Part shown: in pieces, positions 24,446 through 38,495 of the stretch
How the letters are laid out: each line of letters starts with the position of its first letter
Numbering within the stretch: the first letter of the stretch is position 1
Program-made: the position numbers and the translations under genes
Source: Lama guanicoe
Lineage: Eukaryota
Direction: 5' to 3'
Assembly (NCBI GenBank): GCA_013239625.1
Contig: MU053557.1
Location: 3,316,123-3,380,122, forward strand
Length of the DNA stretch: 64,000 nucleotides
The notes under the pieces: generated by a model
The model's database searches: none
What the model was told of the DNA's origin: nothing
What the model saw: only the letters and a program-made list of their open reading frames with translations

Positions 24446-26339
24446 TGGAAAAAGGACTACCTCCACAGCCCAATATATAAACAGTAGAATTAGAATGATT
24501 TACTGAGACTCTGCTAGGTATTAGGAAATATGTTAGATGCTGAAGACGTGAAAGCTGAAAAAGGCATATTCTCTGCTCTCAAATGACTCAGATTTAATTG
24601 GAGGTATACTTGGGGCTGAAGGTAAGTAATTTTAATTACCTGGTAAATGCAAGATGGATACACAGAGTGCGTTGGGAGAACAAAGGATATTCTGCCCAAC
24701 TCTTGCGGAAGACGATGGCTAAGCTGAATCTTCCAGTGTGACATTTATTGAGGACATAAACGGCCATGCTAAGGAGACAGTTTAAGCCTTATTTCCTAGA
24801 GCTGGGTCAGATAAAACAGCAGCCTTGTGTTGGCGGCAGTGTCTTATTACAGCCCGAAATCCCATGTTATGTGCTTAGCTCCATCAGCATTTAAGAGTTG
24901 ATCCCAGGTAGTCATGGGAAAGCAGGAAGGAATTTTAAAGATGGGAAAAAGCTGATTTGCACGTTCAGTTAAGCTGCAACAACAAATGGGGTGTATTTAA
25001 AGAGAGTACACCTGAAAGCGGTTAATTTAAGTAGGAGGCTGCTTCGAAAGTTCAGGTGAGATGCTCTTAGTAGAAGTGATGGAGAATTGAAGACAGGTGG
25101 GAGACCTAAAACTTGTGAAGGATTGGACGTGGTGGGTGAGGGAAAAGCAGGAAAGAATTAAGCCCACGAATCTATCATAATTCCATGCAGCATCTCTCAC
25201 CACGCAGGGGGAGCAGATCTGGAGTGAAAGATTAACTCAGGATACTTGGTGCTTTGTGGTGTCCCTGAGGCTTTTAACCATAGAATATTGATTTCTGTTT
25301 CATTGTTTCTGGGACTTCACTGCCTTGTCTTACTAGAAGTTCACTGAGTGCAAGGAACATATCTTGCCTCGATACTGCTTAGAATGACTTTTGAAAAAGC
25401 ACTCTTTTGAAATTGTTAAAAATGGCATTCTCATAAAAATTAATGAGCATATGTCCAAGTTTTATGTACTTCATTAATTAAAGGAACCAGTAGAATGAGG
25501 TGATTCAGGAAGGATGGGACCAAGTATGCTGAAGTGAAGGCAATAGGTTAGAAATCAAAGTGGTGAGTTTGTATTTAGAACAAAACCCTCATCTTTGAGT
25601 TTTTCTTTTTCTATCAAGAAGGGAAAAAAAGTCATACCTTATCAATTTTCTGCAAGCTAGCTTCTAACTTCACAGAGTTGCAAAACTTCTAGGCTCTCAT
25701 CAATTGTTCCATTTTTCTCAGAGTCAAAAGCCTTTTCAATTGTCATATTGGAAACCACTCTGCAACGAAATTAAGAAAATACAAACTCATCATTTTGCTT
25801 TATTTCCAAGTTTTTAAATATTTTTACATAATTTCTTATAGCAGCTCTAAGAATATTTAATGTGCATTTTAAAAATATTTAATTTATAACCTGTGGCTTT
25901 ACAAAAGTAGATTTGGGGTGATATAAATTTAAGGCAAAATTAAAGGCAAACAATAACATCAACAAAGAAAAAAGAAAATAGAAATAATTCATAACATGTC
26001 ATAATTAAATTTTAGGTTTGTTCATACATTTCTAGGAAGTCAGGGCAAAATAATTTACATGGTAGATTATATATCTCTTAATATAAAGGAAGAAAAATCC
26101 AGTTCCTGAGGTGGTGGTTGTTTTATGTTTCCTCTTACTTCTTTTAAATTCTAAAAAAGGGTGTCACATGGAGCATCACGTAGGTGGTATAGACGTAATG
26201 GCCCTTGTTCTCAATGTTTTTATGGTAATTACAGGCACAGATTACCAATGCCTATTTGTTATAGAGCCTGTTGATCAATTCCAGTGACTTCATGTTTATA
26301 TTTTGCATCTGCATGCAAAAATGTATCTGTTAAAAACAT

Positions 26340-26955
26340 TTTTTACTAAAGTATATTTGATTTACAATGTTGTGTTAGTTTCAGCATAGTGTTCAGCATA
26401 AGGTGCTGCTATGAACAATGGAGTGGGTGCATGTATCTTTTCAAATTAGAGTTTTCTCCAGATATATGCCCAGGAGTGGGATTGCTGGATCATATGGCAA
26501 CTCTATTTTTAGTTTTTGAAGAAATCCCCATACTATTTTCCATAGTGGCTACACCAATTTACATTCCTACCAATAATGTAGGAGGGTTCCCTTTTTCTCC
26601 ACATCTTCTCCAGTATTTATTATATGTAGACTTTTTGATGATGGTCATTCTGACCAATGTAAGGTAATACCTCATTGTAGTTTTGATTTGCATTTCTGTA
26701 ATAATTAGAGATATTGAGCATCTTTTCATGTGCCTGTTGGCCATCTGTATGTCTTCTTTGGAGAAATGTCTTATTAAGTCTTCTGCTCACCTTTTGATTG
26801 GGTTGTTTGTGTTTTTTTGTTGTTGTTGTTGTTATTGAGTTCTATGTGCTGTTTGTATATTCTGGAAATTAGGTCCTTGTTGGTCGCATCATTTGCAAGT
26901 ATTTCTTCCCAGTCCATAGGTTGTCTTTTCACTTTGTTTATGGTTTCTTTTCATG
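26340..26955 (-). mobile_element. L1 fragment (ORF2 C-terminus plus 3' end)
   Basis: ORF 26559..26744(-) [33 protein letters not shown] is L1 ORF2p C-terminal sequence. Confidence 0.85.
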
Positions 26956-27352
26956 TATACATGGCTTGTTTCCCACATTAACTGTAAACTCTTTGAGGGT
27001 AGACCCACACGTGCCAGGCCACAAGGATGAGCACACAATGGGTGCTCATGTAGCACATACTTGTTAACTTGTTACATCTAGTGGGTCTATAAGGTGGAGA
27101 AAAAAGGCAGGCAGATAAAGGAAAGGAAGCAATATCTAGAATAAGAATGGCAAATAGCTGGCAAGATTCTTTCCCAAGCCCTACTCAGAGCAGGCATGCT
27201 TATGACCATGGAGTGGATACCACCACCATTCAGAGTGGACAGATGAGAAGAAACCCATTTACCGTCCTTGTTGTGGAGTGTGTTCCCCACATCACGTGGA
27301 TAGCCCTGATTTCCCTCACCTTGCTTTTCAAATGTAGGCTAAGAGTTGAGTT

Positions 27353-27421
27353 AAAACCAAACCCAACAAACACCTATGGACAATGCAAGGTAACGTTTTA
27401 AAAAATGCAATTTGTTTTATT
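27353..27421 (-). terminator. Distal polyadenylation signal AATAAA with downstream GU-rich element
   Basis: Plus-strand tttatt at 27416-27421; plus-strand aaaaccaaacccaacaaacacc reads GGTGTTTGTTGGGTTTGGTTTT on minus, about 40-60 nt downstream of the hexamer. Confidence 0.6.
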
Positions 27422-30400
27422 TTTATATAAACTAAAACGCCAGTGCTCATTGATTCCTATATTAAATACATAAATTATAAAATAACCATTCATAAAACTT
27501 TACATACAGTAAGTTGATTCCAATCTCTACGGTAATACATACAGAACATGTACATACTCGGTGTACTTCAGAGGATCATTCTGGCGAAACTCAGTCCATT
27601 TGTATTGTTCTTCCATTAATAAACAAGCACTGAAGCAATATATGGAGTCATGCTGAGATGGAGAGAAAGAACCCCGACTGAGGCAGCTGATTGGATGAAA
27701 GCTCTGAGACATTGACCCTCTGGCTGCGTTAATACAGTAGACACCTGGGGAATTATATATTCCCGAACACTGGCTCTGTACTTGAGCCCCTGCAGAATTG
27801 GATTTTGAAGGCTGGAACATGCATGGACCCTTGTGGAATGGGATCTTTAGCTGGTAAAAATATGGGACTTCGGGCTAATATTAATACTGTAGGCTGTGTG
27901 AATGCTTTTGCTCTTTCCAGAAAACTACTGGCATCACTTGAAGTCTAGTTTATGAGCATGGGTAACTGGAAAACCAGTGGGTAATTCTTTACCTCAGTCA
28001 ATGACAGGGAATAGTAGTAATGGACAGAAGGTGGAGGAAAGGAAGAAGAGGCTGGCAAGAAGGAGAGAGCTCAGACACCAGATGCTAAACAAAAACATGA
28101 GGTACCCAGCAGGATCAGAAAAACCCCTTCCTAAGTCCTGAATCCTAGGACCAAAGCACAGATTTAGGAAGAACTCACACCATCATGTTATGTACAGAAT
28201 AAATATGTGTCTACACCTACATCACATATTTATAAAAGTGTTTGGATTTCAATCTGCCTCATTGTGGGAAGTTCTTATGGTTAAGGGGGGTGAATAGGCA
28301 CATTTTGTGAGTTATCAGTCAAATAGGAGTGATGCTGTTATTAATGGATGCTGAGGACCTGCTCTTGGGAGATTGCATCACCCACACTTCACTAAATTTG
28401 TGGAGGCTTGACTGTAGGCAAAGCTGGACTCAAAGTTGCTTATCTATGCCACTCCCACTCTTCAGAACTTTGATATCCCAGGATGGAAATGTAAGCATGA
28501 GTCCAAAGACCTCAGTGCAAAAACACAAAGATAAAAAACAGGGAACTTCACCCAATCAACCACCTGTACCTCTAAACTTGACACATTAGGTTGAATATAG
28601 CAAATTTAAATCCTCCTGTTTTTGCCACATTGTCCCTGGAAGTAGATCTCTAGTAATTCTGATTAAACATTGGACTTGGGACTCTCAACAATAGATTTAT
28701 TCAGGAAGAACTAAATGGCCAAACTAAAGGCAGCAAAAGAATATGAATCCACCTGGTACTGAAATGGGATTATAGAGGATCAACTCCAGCTTCTACTATG
28801 TCTGAATCTTCCTGCCAATATACCTGAGAGTCAGCCTCAAGACAATATATTATATTAAAATGACAAGGCAGCTGAACAGAATGGAAGCTTTTCCCTCAAG
28901 ACCTTGTGACCTACTTTCTTTTCTTTAGAAAGTAGAAGTCCACTTACAGAGACGCTTGGGCCCATCCTGGAAGCATTAACTCATGACATAAATAGTCATC
29001 TAAGATTCGCCTTGATTACTGATCTCTCAAGTTATACTGAACTTTTTCAAAATAGTAGATAAATATATACATATGCACACACATGTATATATATTCTGTG
29101 CCACTCTTTGACAGATCAAAAAATGCAGTTAAATATTTAAAAAATAAAATGTTTATGCTGCCCATATATTTGGGTATAACACACATGATCCAATTATTTA
29201 AACATCAACATAAAACTGATGCATATTATTTTTACAGTTTCTATGAAAACCTAGGCAGGTTCAAAAGACATGCTTCATTTTAAAACAATGAACTTGGAAT
29301 TACATTGAAGACACTGAACATACAAATTACACAATGGGTTTATAGAAAAAGCTGACGACCAATAGGTAAAAAGGAACACATTTGCCAGAGATTATTTGAA
29401 ATTGAAAACCACCAGAGTAAGTTGAAATAAGATACTGTAGCAAAAATCATTTGGCAAAACTTCACTTCTTCTAGCACTAGTGGAGAACATATGTCCTCTT
29501 TCTACTCCACTGATGACCCATGAACCGTCTATATGATCTCTCTCTTCCTGGAGAACCATGCCACCTATGGGAGCAGTTTTCTGTGAATGGAAGAAAACTC
29601 AAAGCAGAATTTATTCTTCCACCCCTAAAACCTTCGCTATTGGCAATAATTTCACTTACGTAACATAAGTTAAAAGGGATATATTTTCAGCAAATTCTAG
29701 TATTTCCTAAAACAAAACGTGGGTGGCATTAAAAAAAAAAGTCAGATGGTTTAAATTAGTAATAGATGCTTCCTAGTTTTATAGCCAAATATAGTCTTCT
29801 ATTTCTTTCTCTTTTCTCATGAAAATTTTCCCATCCTGAATAGCTGTGCTATATTGGAGCTTTCATTTTATCTCAAACTATTTTTTAATATATTCAGTTA
29901 TATTTATTTCTCAAGAGATGGAACTAACTCATGGACAAATATGTCAGGATAGTTAAGATGCAGAGATTAAAGCGGAAATTAATCTGTGGGGATTACCTGC
30001 TCTCTGTAACAAGTGAAGCCACAATAAAGCTCTCCATTATTAAGGAGACATTCTTTTTACTCTTGCTGAAAAGGCAAGGGAAGCATTCATTTAGATATGG
30101 TGCATTTCTGTGGATCCATGAGTGACTAGTACATACATGCACAGTTTTGCTAATGTTTTTTATAATCATGGAAATGGATAAGAGAGACGTACTTATCAAA
30201 ATATTTAGCCACATCCAATGATGTGTTGGGTATTATGAGTAAGACATGGTAAAAATAATCCCCTTTTAGCATAAACTCTTAAAGATATTTGCTAGATCTT
30301 AAGTAAAAATAGAGAATTCTGAATACCTTCCCCCATTCTTCCACATTTTTCCCTAAACACATTTAAAGTCGCTTGAGATGGTCATCCTCACTGACTGGCA

Positions 30401-33001
30401 TTGCTCTTGTATAAGTTTGTGTATATGATACAATCAAATTTATAGCAGATAAGGTACATGATTAAGCCACATGATTTTTAGAAATGTTTCTGATCATTCA
30501 AGCCATAGTCAGTGCTTGGATATAAAATTTAACCTACAGTTTCTTGGTGGGGAAAGCAAGATGAAGAGAAGAAAAGTAGGTTTGGTGGAGCAGATGGAGT
30601 ATGACTTTGTTCGGATGCACCCAACAATGGCTAATGGAAGAGAAGAGTAGTCTCAGGTATGGAAGAGTAATTTATCCTCTTCCTGATGTCCTAAGATTCG
30701 AAAAGGCTGGGTCAGACTGTAGTGGCACCCACGCTGAGACTGCCTGTCCAATGAATGTACTAGTCATACTTAATGGGGAGCCTACCCAGCTCAAGAAAGA
30801 ATCCCGCAGGATAGTTTTTTGGTGCAGTCCCAGTAGGTCACATCACCAGACCTTTCCCTAAAATGAAAGGGCTAATCAGATTAATTATGTGATACTCAGT
30901 TCACGCCAAGTCAACTTCAGGGCTAGCTCTCCTATGACAAAAATGGGGTTTTGTGTGATGGCATGCATGTGCAGTAAGGAGAGCTGGGAGATGCTTATCA
31001 TTGAAATGACACATTCTTGTATTTTGTTCACTGGCATGAGATGATCTATTCACTATAGATTAGTAGAGATCTTGATTCTGGATTGCTCAGTCTTTATTGC
31101 TAGTAACGTCCGGGGTAGCTTGATGGCAAACCTTCAGTACCACAGTGCTTAGATTGAATCAAACTGAAGCACTTTCTTAGCCAGGGAACTCTTTTTCTCA
31201 ACACGAGAAAGTCAAACCTAGCCATCATTATAGTTACTAAGCACTTTGTGCCACTTTAAGCACCTCTTGTTCCAGAATTGCAAAAAAAAAAAAAAAAACA
31301 CCTTCATGAAAAAGCATTTTAACCTCATTTTGCAGATGAGGAAACTGAGGCACAGAGAGGTGAAGTGACTGGGCCAAAGATACCTGGGTCAGCAGTAAAT
31401 ATTAAGAACAAAGAGTGGTTCCCCCCCACCCCCCACCCAGTTGTAGCTTTTCTTGTACATTCTTCAGTTATCCTTCTGGCTTTGAAGATGCCAGCGCTTA
31501 AAACTGCAGAGTAAGATAATGAACCCATGTAGGGAAGGATTTGTGTAGCATTTCATAGAAAGAGTTTCTGGCTCCCTACACACATTGTTACTGCATTGGA
31601 AAGCTAGGCCTGTAAATAAAACCTTGAGAATCTGAAAAATTGAGGCTGTTTTGTTATCTACAGTAAATGAGGCTAAAATTAGCTTTTCAGGAACATTTAT
31701 TTGCTCTCAGAACTGAATCCAAGACTCAGTATTACATAACTTAGGAAGAGTACCAGTCTTCTAATTGTCTCTTGGTAGAAAATGACCTTATCTGTAACAC
31801 AATGTAACTTTTATATAAAAAAGTAGAGCTATCTTGTCGCGGTCAGATCTCTGGGGAAAGAAAATCCTTATCAGTCTAAATGACGAGAGGTCAGAATGCT
31901 CTAAGCATATCAGGATACTTCTAAAAAATAATCATGATTTCATTTAATATTCACACCTCTGTGGCAAACTCAACTGTTGGTAGAAGTTTATCTCCTCTAT
32001 TGTGTATCAAATCATATAACATGTTATTCGCAGGCAATTTTAAGCAGCCATTTGAAAACCAGTACTTTGGAAATGGAAACATTCAGAGATGCTCTCTGGC
32101 CCTAGGGTCGTCGGCATTCTAAACAGGACAACGTCAGGGAGCTTGTGATTCAGAGCAACGTCTTCTTAATCTTCAGTATGGACGAGATCAGTCTGTCGTC
32201 AGCGGCGGACCACAGGTGTGACAGGAGGCCAGGGGACCATGAACATCTGCTTTTCTTCCTCATGTTGTGTTCGCCTGGCTCCTTCCCCTTGGTTGCCAGT
32301 CTGGCTGGGGTCACGGAGATCCACTTCTCATCAGTCCTGTGCGGAGCACCTTCCACAAGCTCCACCGTTTGCAGAAAAACACACCAGACACTGCTTTTCT
32401 TCCCACTCACGCTGCAGATGCCTCTGTTCCTGAGTTTTAAACAATAATAAAGACCGAAAAGCAAATCCCTGTAGTAAGAAACCAGACTTTTCAAATGAAA
32501 CATTTTATTGTAAAGAGCTCCTCATAGGTATTCCTCGTGCTTCAACCCCCACCCACCCTTTTTTTTTCTCCTTTTGATTTTTTAAAATGATGTTTATTTC
32601 AGGACTAGTGTTTCCGTGGGGTGTGGTGTTACATTAAAATGATCCCCCTGCACAGCAGGGGTAGAATGTTTCTTTGTAACTTTGGTTCCATGCCCAAGAC
32701 ACATCTTTGCTTGATCAGCTGAAAATGGTTCCATTGCTGAACTTTTTTCCTTCACACGATATATGTTTATAGTTCTCTCCTTCTGGTTTGACGTATACAT
32801 GTTTCATTAAATGCAGCATATATTGTCGATTTTCAACAGGGTCGTGTAGGAACTGTCAAGTAAGAAACCTTGAATAATGGCTTTAAAACACACAGCTGTA
32901 GTCCTGGCCACAGGGTAGTTCTCAGCTTTTGATCTCCCTTTCACTGCTGTAAACATTTCTGCCATCTTGGAAGGTTTAGAAGCATTTGCTTTTCTGGGGT
33001 C
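27395..33001 (-). other. JAKMIP2: JAKMIP2 long 3' UTR (~5.6 kb); distal end approximate
   Basis: Repeat-poor AT-rich stretch after the stop codon, ending at AATAAA (27416-27421) followed by a GU-rich element. Confidence 0.6.
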
Positions 33002-33022
33002 TCATCCGTGTTTTCGGTTTTT
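33002..33022 (-). CDS. JAKMIP2: JAKMIP2 terminal exon coding part (KNRKHG*), used when the TM exon is skipped
   Basis: TTTTACAG acceptor then AAA AAC CGA AAA CAC GGA TGA; resembles the recalled human C-terminus SNRKHG. Confidence 0.82.
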   Translation of the reverse strand, partial: KNRKHG

Positions 33023-35764
33023 CTGTAAAACAGAAGGAGAAAGTCTTTAATCATCACTGCTGTCAACAGCTGAAACAGAAAAAAACACAAACTATTTTCT
33101 TCTTTAAAGAAAAAACATTTTGTATTCTTTACCACCTCTTTGAACTGCATGATCTTGTGCAAGTTATATAAAGAAAGTCTCCAAGCTCAATTTCTTTAAT
33201 TTAAAAGGAGAAACGAGAAGTATCTATTTCAAGGGTTGTTGCAACATAATGCTTGTAAAGCAGTGAACAGTTCCTGTCTCATACTAAGTGGCCTGAAATA
33301 CTAGCAATTATCATGACTGCCCTCTTTTCTGGGGCTCACCATGCCCCCAAATATCAATTTAAGATGTTATTTTAAAAGCAGGTCTGTCTGTGCCTCTCAG
33401 CGACTTACTTTTATGTCACACTTCTTCCCCAACAAACGTTACTTAATGGCAGATGGTCTCTACCTCAAGGTCCTGACCTGAGGAGTCCTTGGGAATCCTG
33501 CCACCCAGATTTCCTGCTGGCCCCAGAGATCCCCTGAAAAGGTACTTCCCTGGGCTATGCCAGTCAGGACTCCTAGCCCTGTTCTTTTTTAAGTCCAAGC
33601 TTCTGGGTTTTCACTTGGGTTGAAGTTTAGGACATAACATTCTCTTCCAGTAAAAGCCAGAAAATGGCGCAGAGGACAAGTTATTATGTACTGCCTAAAC
33701 ATATGGCCTTGAGAGTCTGAACGACATGGGTGGAGAAAAATGGAATTTCCACTTTATGCCCGTGGACAAGTTATTTATCTTCACCAACCCTTAATTTCCC
33801 CATCTAAAAAGATACTAATTCTGTAGCAGGATTTTACTAGCACCCCAGAAGTGGTGACCAAGATCCAAAGTAGTGGGAAAGTAGACATGAACATAGTACC
33901 TTAAGGATGCTTCCAGTCCACCTTACGGAGGCAAATTTGAGATTCAAAGAAATTTCCGCCATAAGTGCAAGTCAGAAACATTTGGAGTTCATATTTGCAG
34001 AGCCACTCTGTCTACTCCCAAAGAGTAGATTTACTGAGATGAAAGAGTGATGGAGTCACAGAGGAGAACTAGTGGGAAAGAAGTACAATGGTTGGGATAA
34101 GAGTACACTGTGGTGGGGAATGGGGCGGGGGGGGGGGTGACCAAAAGGCCTAGAGATTGGTGGTCCTGGCACAAAGGAGACTCACATTCTACTGCTCAAA
34201 CACAGAGCCATGCTCACCCGCTGCTCATCTTCCTTTGTCTATCTGGGCAGAGAACCTGAGAGGGGTGGCACGGCAGAGACAGGGGCAGTAACTTCCTTCC
34301 CAGCAAGAAGCTGTGGCTGGTACCACCAATGATGGGATCCAGAGTGGCAATGGAAGAGCTTGGGCCCCAGCCAGGCAGAGGATAGTGCAGTGAGTATGCC
34401 CTGCACAGCTTCTAAAGACCTCACATACACATTCCCACAAATGGCCAGTCTTTCATCACCTCTCACAGAAAATACATCAAGAGCTGGTCAGTAACAGCCA
34501 GAAACACAGCATCAGCCACCAGGGAGAGGGCCACAACCACTGCCCATGGAGGTGAGAGGCACAGATCACTTCCCTTTCTCCTCTTCCCTGCTCTGGGAAG
34601 AGCTGAATCTTGGAGAGGGCAGAGGAAGGGACCTCTTAGAGCCGGGTGGTGAACCACCTTCTTCACCACTGGGAATGAGGGAAGAAATGAGATGAAACAC
34701 AGTCTGATACTGAAGTTAAATTAGGCTAGACTTTCAAGAAGTGGAAGAGACTAAAACACTGGGGAACCATCTAAGACTTGATTAAAGGATGAGAGAGGGA
34801 AATAAGCAAAAGCCTTGTTTTGCTAAAAATAGACTGCATTCAGCTTTACATCCACTGAGATGAGAGACCCAAAGAACCAGTCACAACTGTAAAACTCCCA
34901 TAATCCCTGGTAAAGAAGAGAACTGACCTGAATAAAAGATGCATTAAGGTGTGTGTGTGTTTATATGTGCTCTCCCTCTCTCTCTTTAGATATACACACA
35001 CATATATAGTGTGTTTTTATATATAAATACATAAGCAAAAAAGTTTTACTTGCAAACTTTCAATTTTTATAATCTGAGAGATAAATCCTAAATTCCACTT
35101 CAAAGCACACATGCATCATTTCTGCCTGTCATAGCTGAAGAAAAGCCCATCACTTGAGTAACACCATGCTGGTTTTAAAGAACAAATGGACTTATAGGCA
35201 GTCTCCCAGCATGTTCAATTTCTGCAAACTGAGTATCTGTAAAATGAACTATGAACACAGCAAAGCCGAACTTATTCAGACTGGCACTCTGAATAACGGA
35301 AGGGTTATCCAGTGAGTCCACCACAGATGACCCATTTTCAATCAGCTGAAGGTCAGTACCCTACAATTAAAACTGCACAGAATATAAATTCACCTTTGAT
35401 TCAGAAGCCCTTCTGGATATTACAGAACCTCAGGGGTTCTTCTGAATAGGTTGCTTAACAGAACTGATCTTTAAGTTTCCTCCTCTGCAAACAGTGATTG
35501 CAGCCATCACTTCTGAGAGTTTACTACACGCCACTAGACACCAAGTCAACGAATGTGGTGATGTCACCTCTGACTATGATCCTAGTATCCAAGTGCCTGC
35601 CATATTGCCTGGTTCACAGAGGATACTTAGCAAGCAGATGTTGAGATCAATTGATAGGCTACTTAACATTCACTGTTCTTCAGGGTTTTCTAACTGCTGG
35701 AAGGTGGTTTAGATCCTTTATGGACCACAAAATTAGAGGCATATTGATTAACAAACTGTAGCTA

Positions 35765-37155
35765 CAAACTTTTGGTCAACTCATCTTCGACAAAGGAGGC
35801 AAGAACATAAAATGGAATAAAGACAGTCTCTTCAAGAAATGGTGTTAGGAAAACTGGACAGCAGCATGTAAAACAATGAAGCTAGAACACTCCCTTACAC
35901 CATATACAAAAATCAACTCAAAATGGATCAAAGACTTAAACATAAGACAAGATACAATAAACCTCCTAGAGGAAAACAGAGGCAAAACATTATCTGACAT
36001 ACATCTCAAAAATTTTCTCCTAGAAGAAATAAAAGCAAGAATAAACAAATGGGACCTAATGAAACTTACAAGCTTCTGTACAGCAAAGGAAACCATAATT
36101 AAAACAAAGACAACCTACGGAATGGGAGAAAATTTTTGCAAATGAAACCAACAAAGGCTTGATCTCCAGAATATATAAGCAGCTCATACGACTCAAAAAG
36201 AAATAAATAAACAACCCAATCCAAAAATGGGCAGAAGACCTAAACAAGCAATTCTCCAAGGAAGACATACAAATGATCAATAGACACATGAAAAAATGCT
36301 CAATATCACTAATTATCAGAGAAATGCAAATCAAAACTACAATGAGGCATCACCTCACACCAGTCAGAATGGCCGTCATTCAAAAATCCACAAATGACAA
36401 ATGCTGGAGAGGCTGTGGAGAGGAGAAAGGCCTCCTACACTGCTGGTGGGAATGCAGTTTGGTGCAGCCACTGTGGAAAACAGTGTGGAAATTCCTCAAA
36501 AGACTAGGAATAGACTTATTGTATGACCCAGGAATACCACTCCTAGGCTTATATCCAGAAGGAACCCTACTTCAGGATGACACCTGCACCCCAATGTTCA
36601 TAGCAGCACTATTTACAATACCCAAAACATGGAAACAGCCTAAATGTCCATCAACAGGTGACTGGATAAAGAAGATGTGGTATATTTATACAATGGAATA
36701 CTACTCAGCCATAAAAACCGACAACATAACGCCATTTGCAGCAACATGGATGCTCCTGGAGAATGTCATTCTAAGTGAAGTAAGCCAGAAGGAGAAAGAA
36801 AAATACCATATGAGATCGCTCATATGTGGAATCTAAAAAACAAAAACAAAACCAAACAAAAAAAACACAAAGCATAAATACAGGACAGAAATAGACTCAT
36901 AGACATAGAATACAGACTTGTGGTTGCCAGTGGGGCGGAGGGTGGGAAGGAATACACTGGGATTTCAAAATTGTAGAATGGATGGACAGGATTATACTGT
37001 ATAGCACAGGGAATCACAGAGGAAAAATGTGATAATGAGTGTGTATGTGTCCATGTATGACTGAAAAATTGTGCTGAACACTAGAATTTGACACAACATT
37101 GTAAAATGATTATAAATCAATAAAAAATGTTAAAAAAAAAAACAAAAAGCCCCCG
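35765..37155 (+). mobile_element. Relatively young 5'-truncated L1 (ORF2 C-terminus, 3' UTR, poly(A)) in the last JAKMIP2 intron, antisense to the gene
   Basis: ORFs 35876..36145 and 36273..36836 encode the L1 ORF2p C-terminus ([21 protein letters not shown]...HCWWEC...); AATAAA plus A tail; 11-bp TSD aactgtagcta at 35754-35764 and 37156-37166. Confidence 0.93.
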
Positions 37156-38185
37156 AACTGTAGCTAACCCCTGTTCTCTAGTCATCACAAATAACCCAAA
37201 ATCATGAACAGTAGTCCCTTCTTCTTCCTGATTTCCATCCATGCTTTTCATGGTAAAGGACACCACCATCCAACCACTTATACCACCCAGGACCCTAAGG
37301 GCTTTTCCCAACACCTTTCAATCTATCAGTCTTTATATACAATTTATTGTAAAGTATTCGATAAATGGTAGCTGGTATTATTACTTCCATTTCACAGATG
37401 AGGAAGCTGATACTGAGGGTTGTTAGATAATTGGTCTATGAGAATCCTAGTGAAAAAGACAAATAATATGGAATGAAACTTACCTGAAGCCAGAGCACCA
37501 AGGGAGGCTTCCCTGCGTCCCTAATTTTACACTGAGATGGGAAAGACAAATGGACATTAACTAGTTGACGGTGCTGTGTGAAACGGGGTCCAGGTAGACG
37601 AGAGCACATCTCCGAATGCATTATCTAAAACAAATGCTTGGTGCGTCCGAGGAACTCGGCTTTTAATGATCCTTTTTATGAGCCAGGGATGATGCTGGTT
37701 ACTTTACTTATATAATATCACTTAATCATTAGAAAAACAGTAGATGCTATGACTTGGTAATTTTTTATATTGGGAAATTAATGTTTTGAGAGGTATAATA
37801 GTATCTATTCTGCAGGGTTGTTTAAGTATTACATAAAATAATGGACACCAAATGTGCTTTTTCAGTTATAAAACAAGATGTCCTTTTCTATTGTAATATC
37901 ATCACTATCATTAAAAAAGTATTTATTGTCAGTTATCTGCTAGACACTGTCTTGGCATTTGGGGTACAAGAGTGGAGAAAGCATGTAAGGTCTCTGCCCT
38001 CATGAATTTTATATGCAATGAAGGAGAGATATAGTAATTAAAAAAACAAAAAGGAAACCCCGCAATGCATATAAAATTTGACCAGAAGTGAAATCTAGGA
38101 AGACTCTCCTGAGGGAATCACAAATGAGCTGAGATCTGGGGGATGAGCGAACAGGTGTTTATTAGATAAAGCAGGAGGGAAAGTT

Positions 38186-38495
38186 TAGTTGTCCCTCTGT
38201 ATCCATGGGGGCACGGGCGATTGATTCCAGGACCCCTTACCAAAACCCGAGGATGTCCAAGTCTCTTACAGAAAATGGTCAGCTGTTTGCATATAGCCTA
38301 CTCACATTCTCCCGTATATTCTAAGTCATCTCTAGATGACATAATACAATGGAAATGCTATGTAAATAGTTGCCTGCATGTGGCAAATTCAAGTTTTGCT
38401 GTTTGAAACTTTACGGAATTTTTCCCCAAATATTTTCTATCTACCTTTGGTTGAATCCAAGGATGTGGAACCCGTGGATACAGAGGGCTGACTGT
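38186..38495 (+). mobile_element. MER2-like (Tigger) DNA transposon
   Basis: Terminal inverted repeats agttgtccctctgtatccatggg / cccgtggatacagagggctgactgta, TA-flanked. Confidence 0.75.

Noticed and set aside
32145..32503. Overlapping ~100-117 aa ORFs in a GC-richer patch of the JAKMIP2 3' UTR
   Set aside because: No recognisable domain or start context; consistent with chance ORFs in UTR sequence.
34113..34138. G-rich runs (also 1328-1348) as functional G-quadruplexes
   Set aside because: Simple homopolymer expansions with no promoter or other functional context.
36273..36836. 187-aa ORF as a host gene
   Set aside because: It is the C-terminal fragment of L1 ORF2p in a truncated element.
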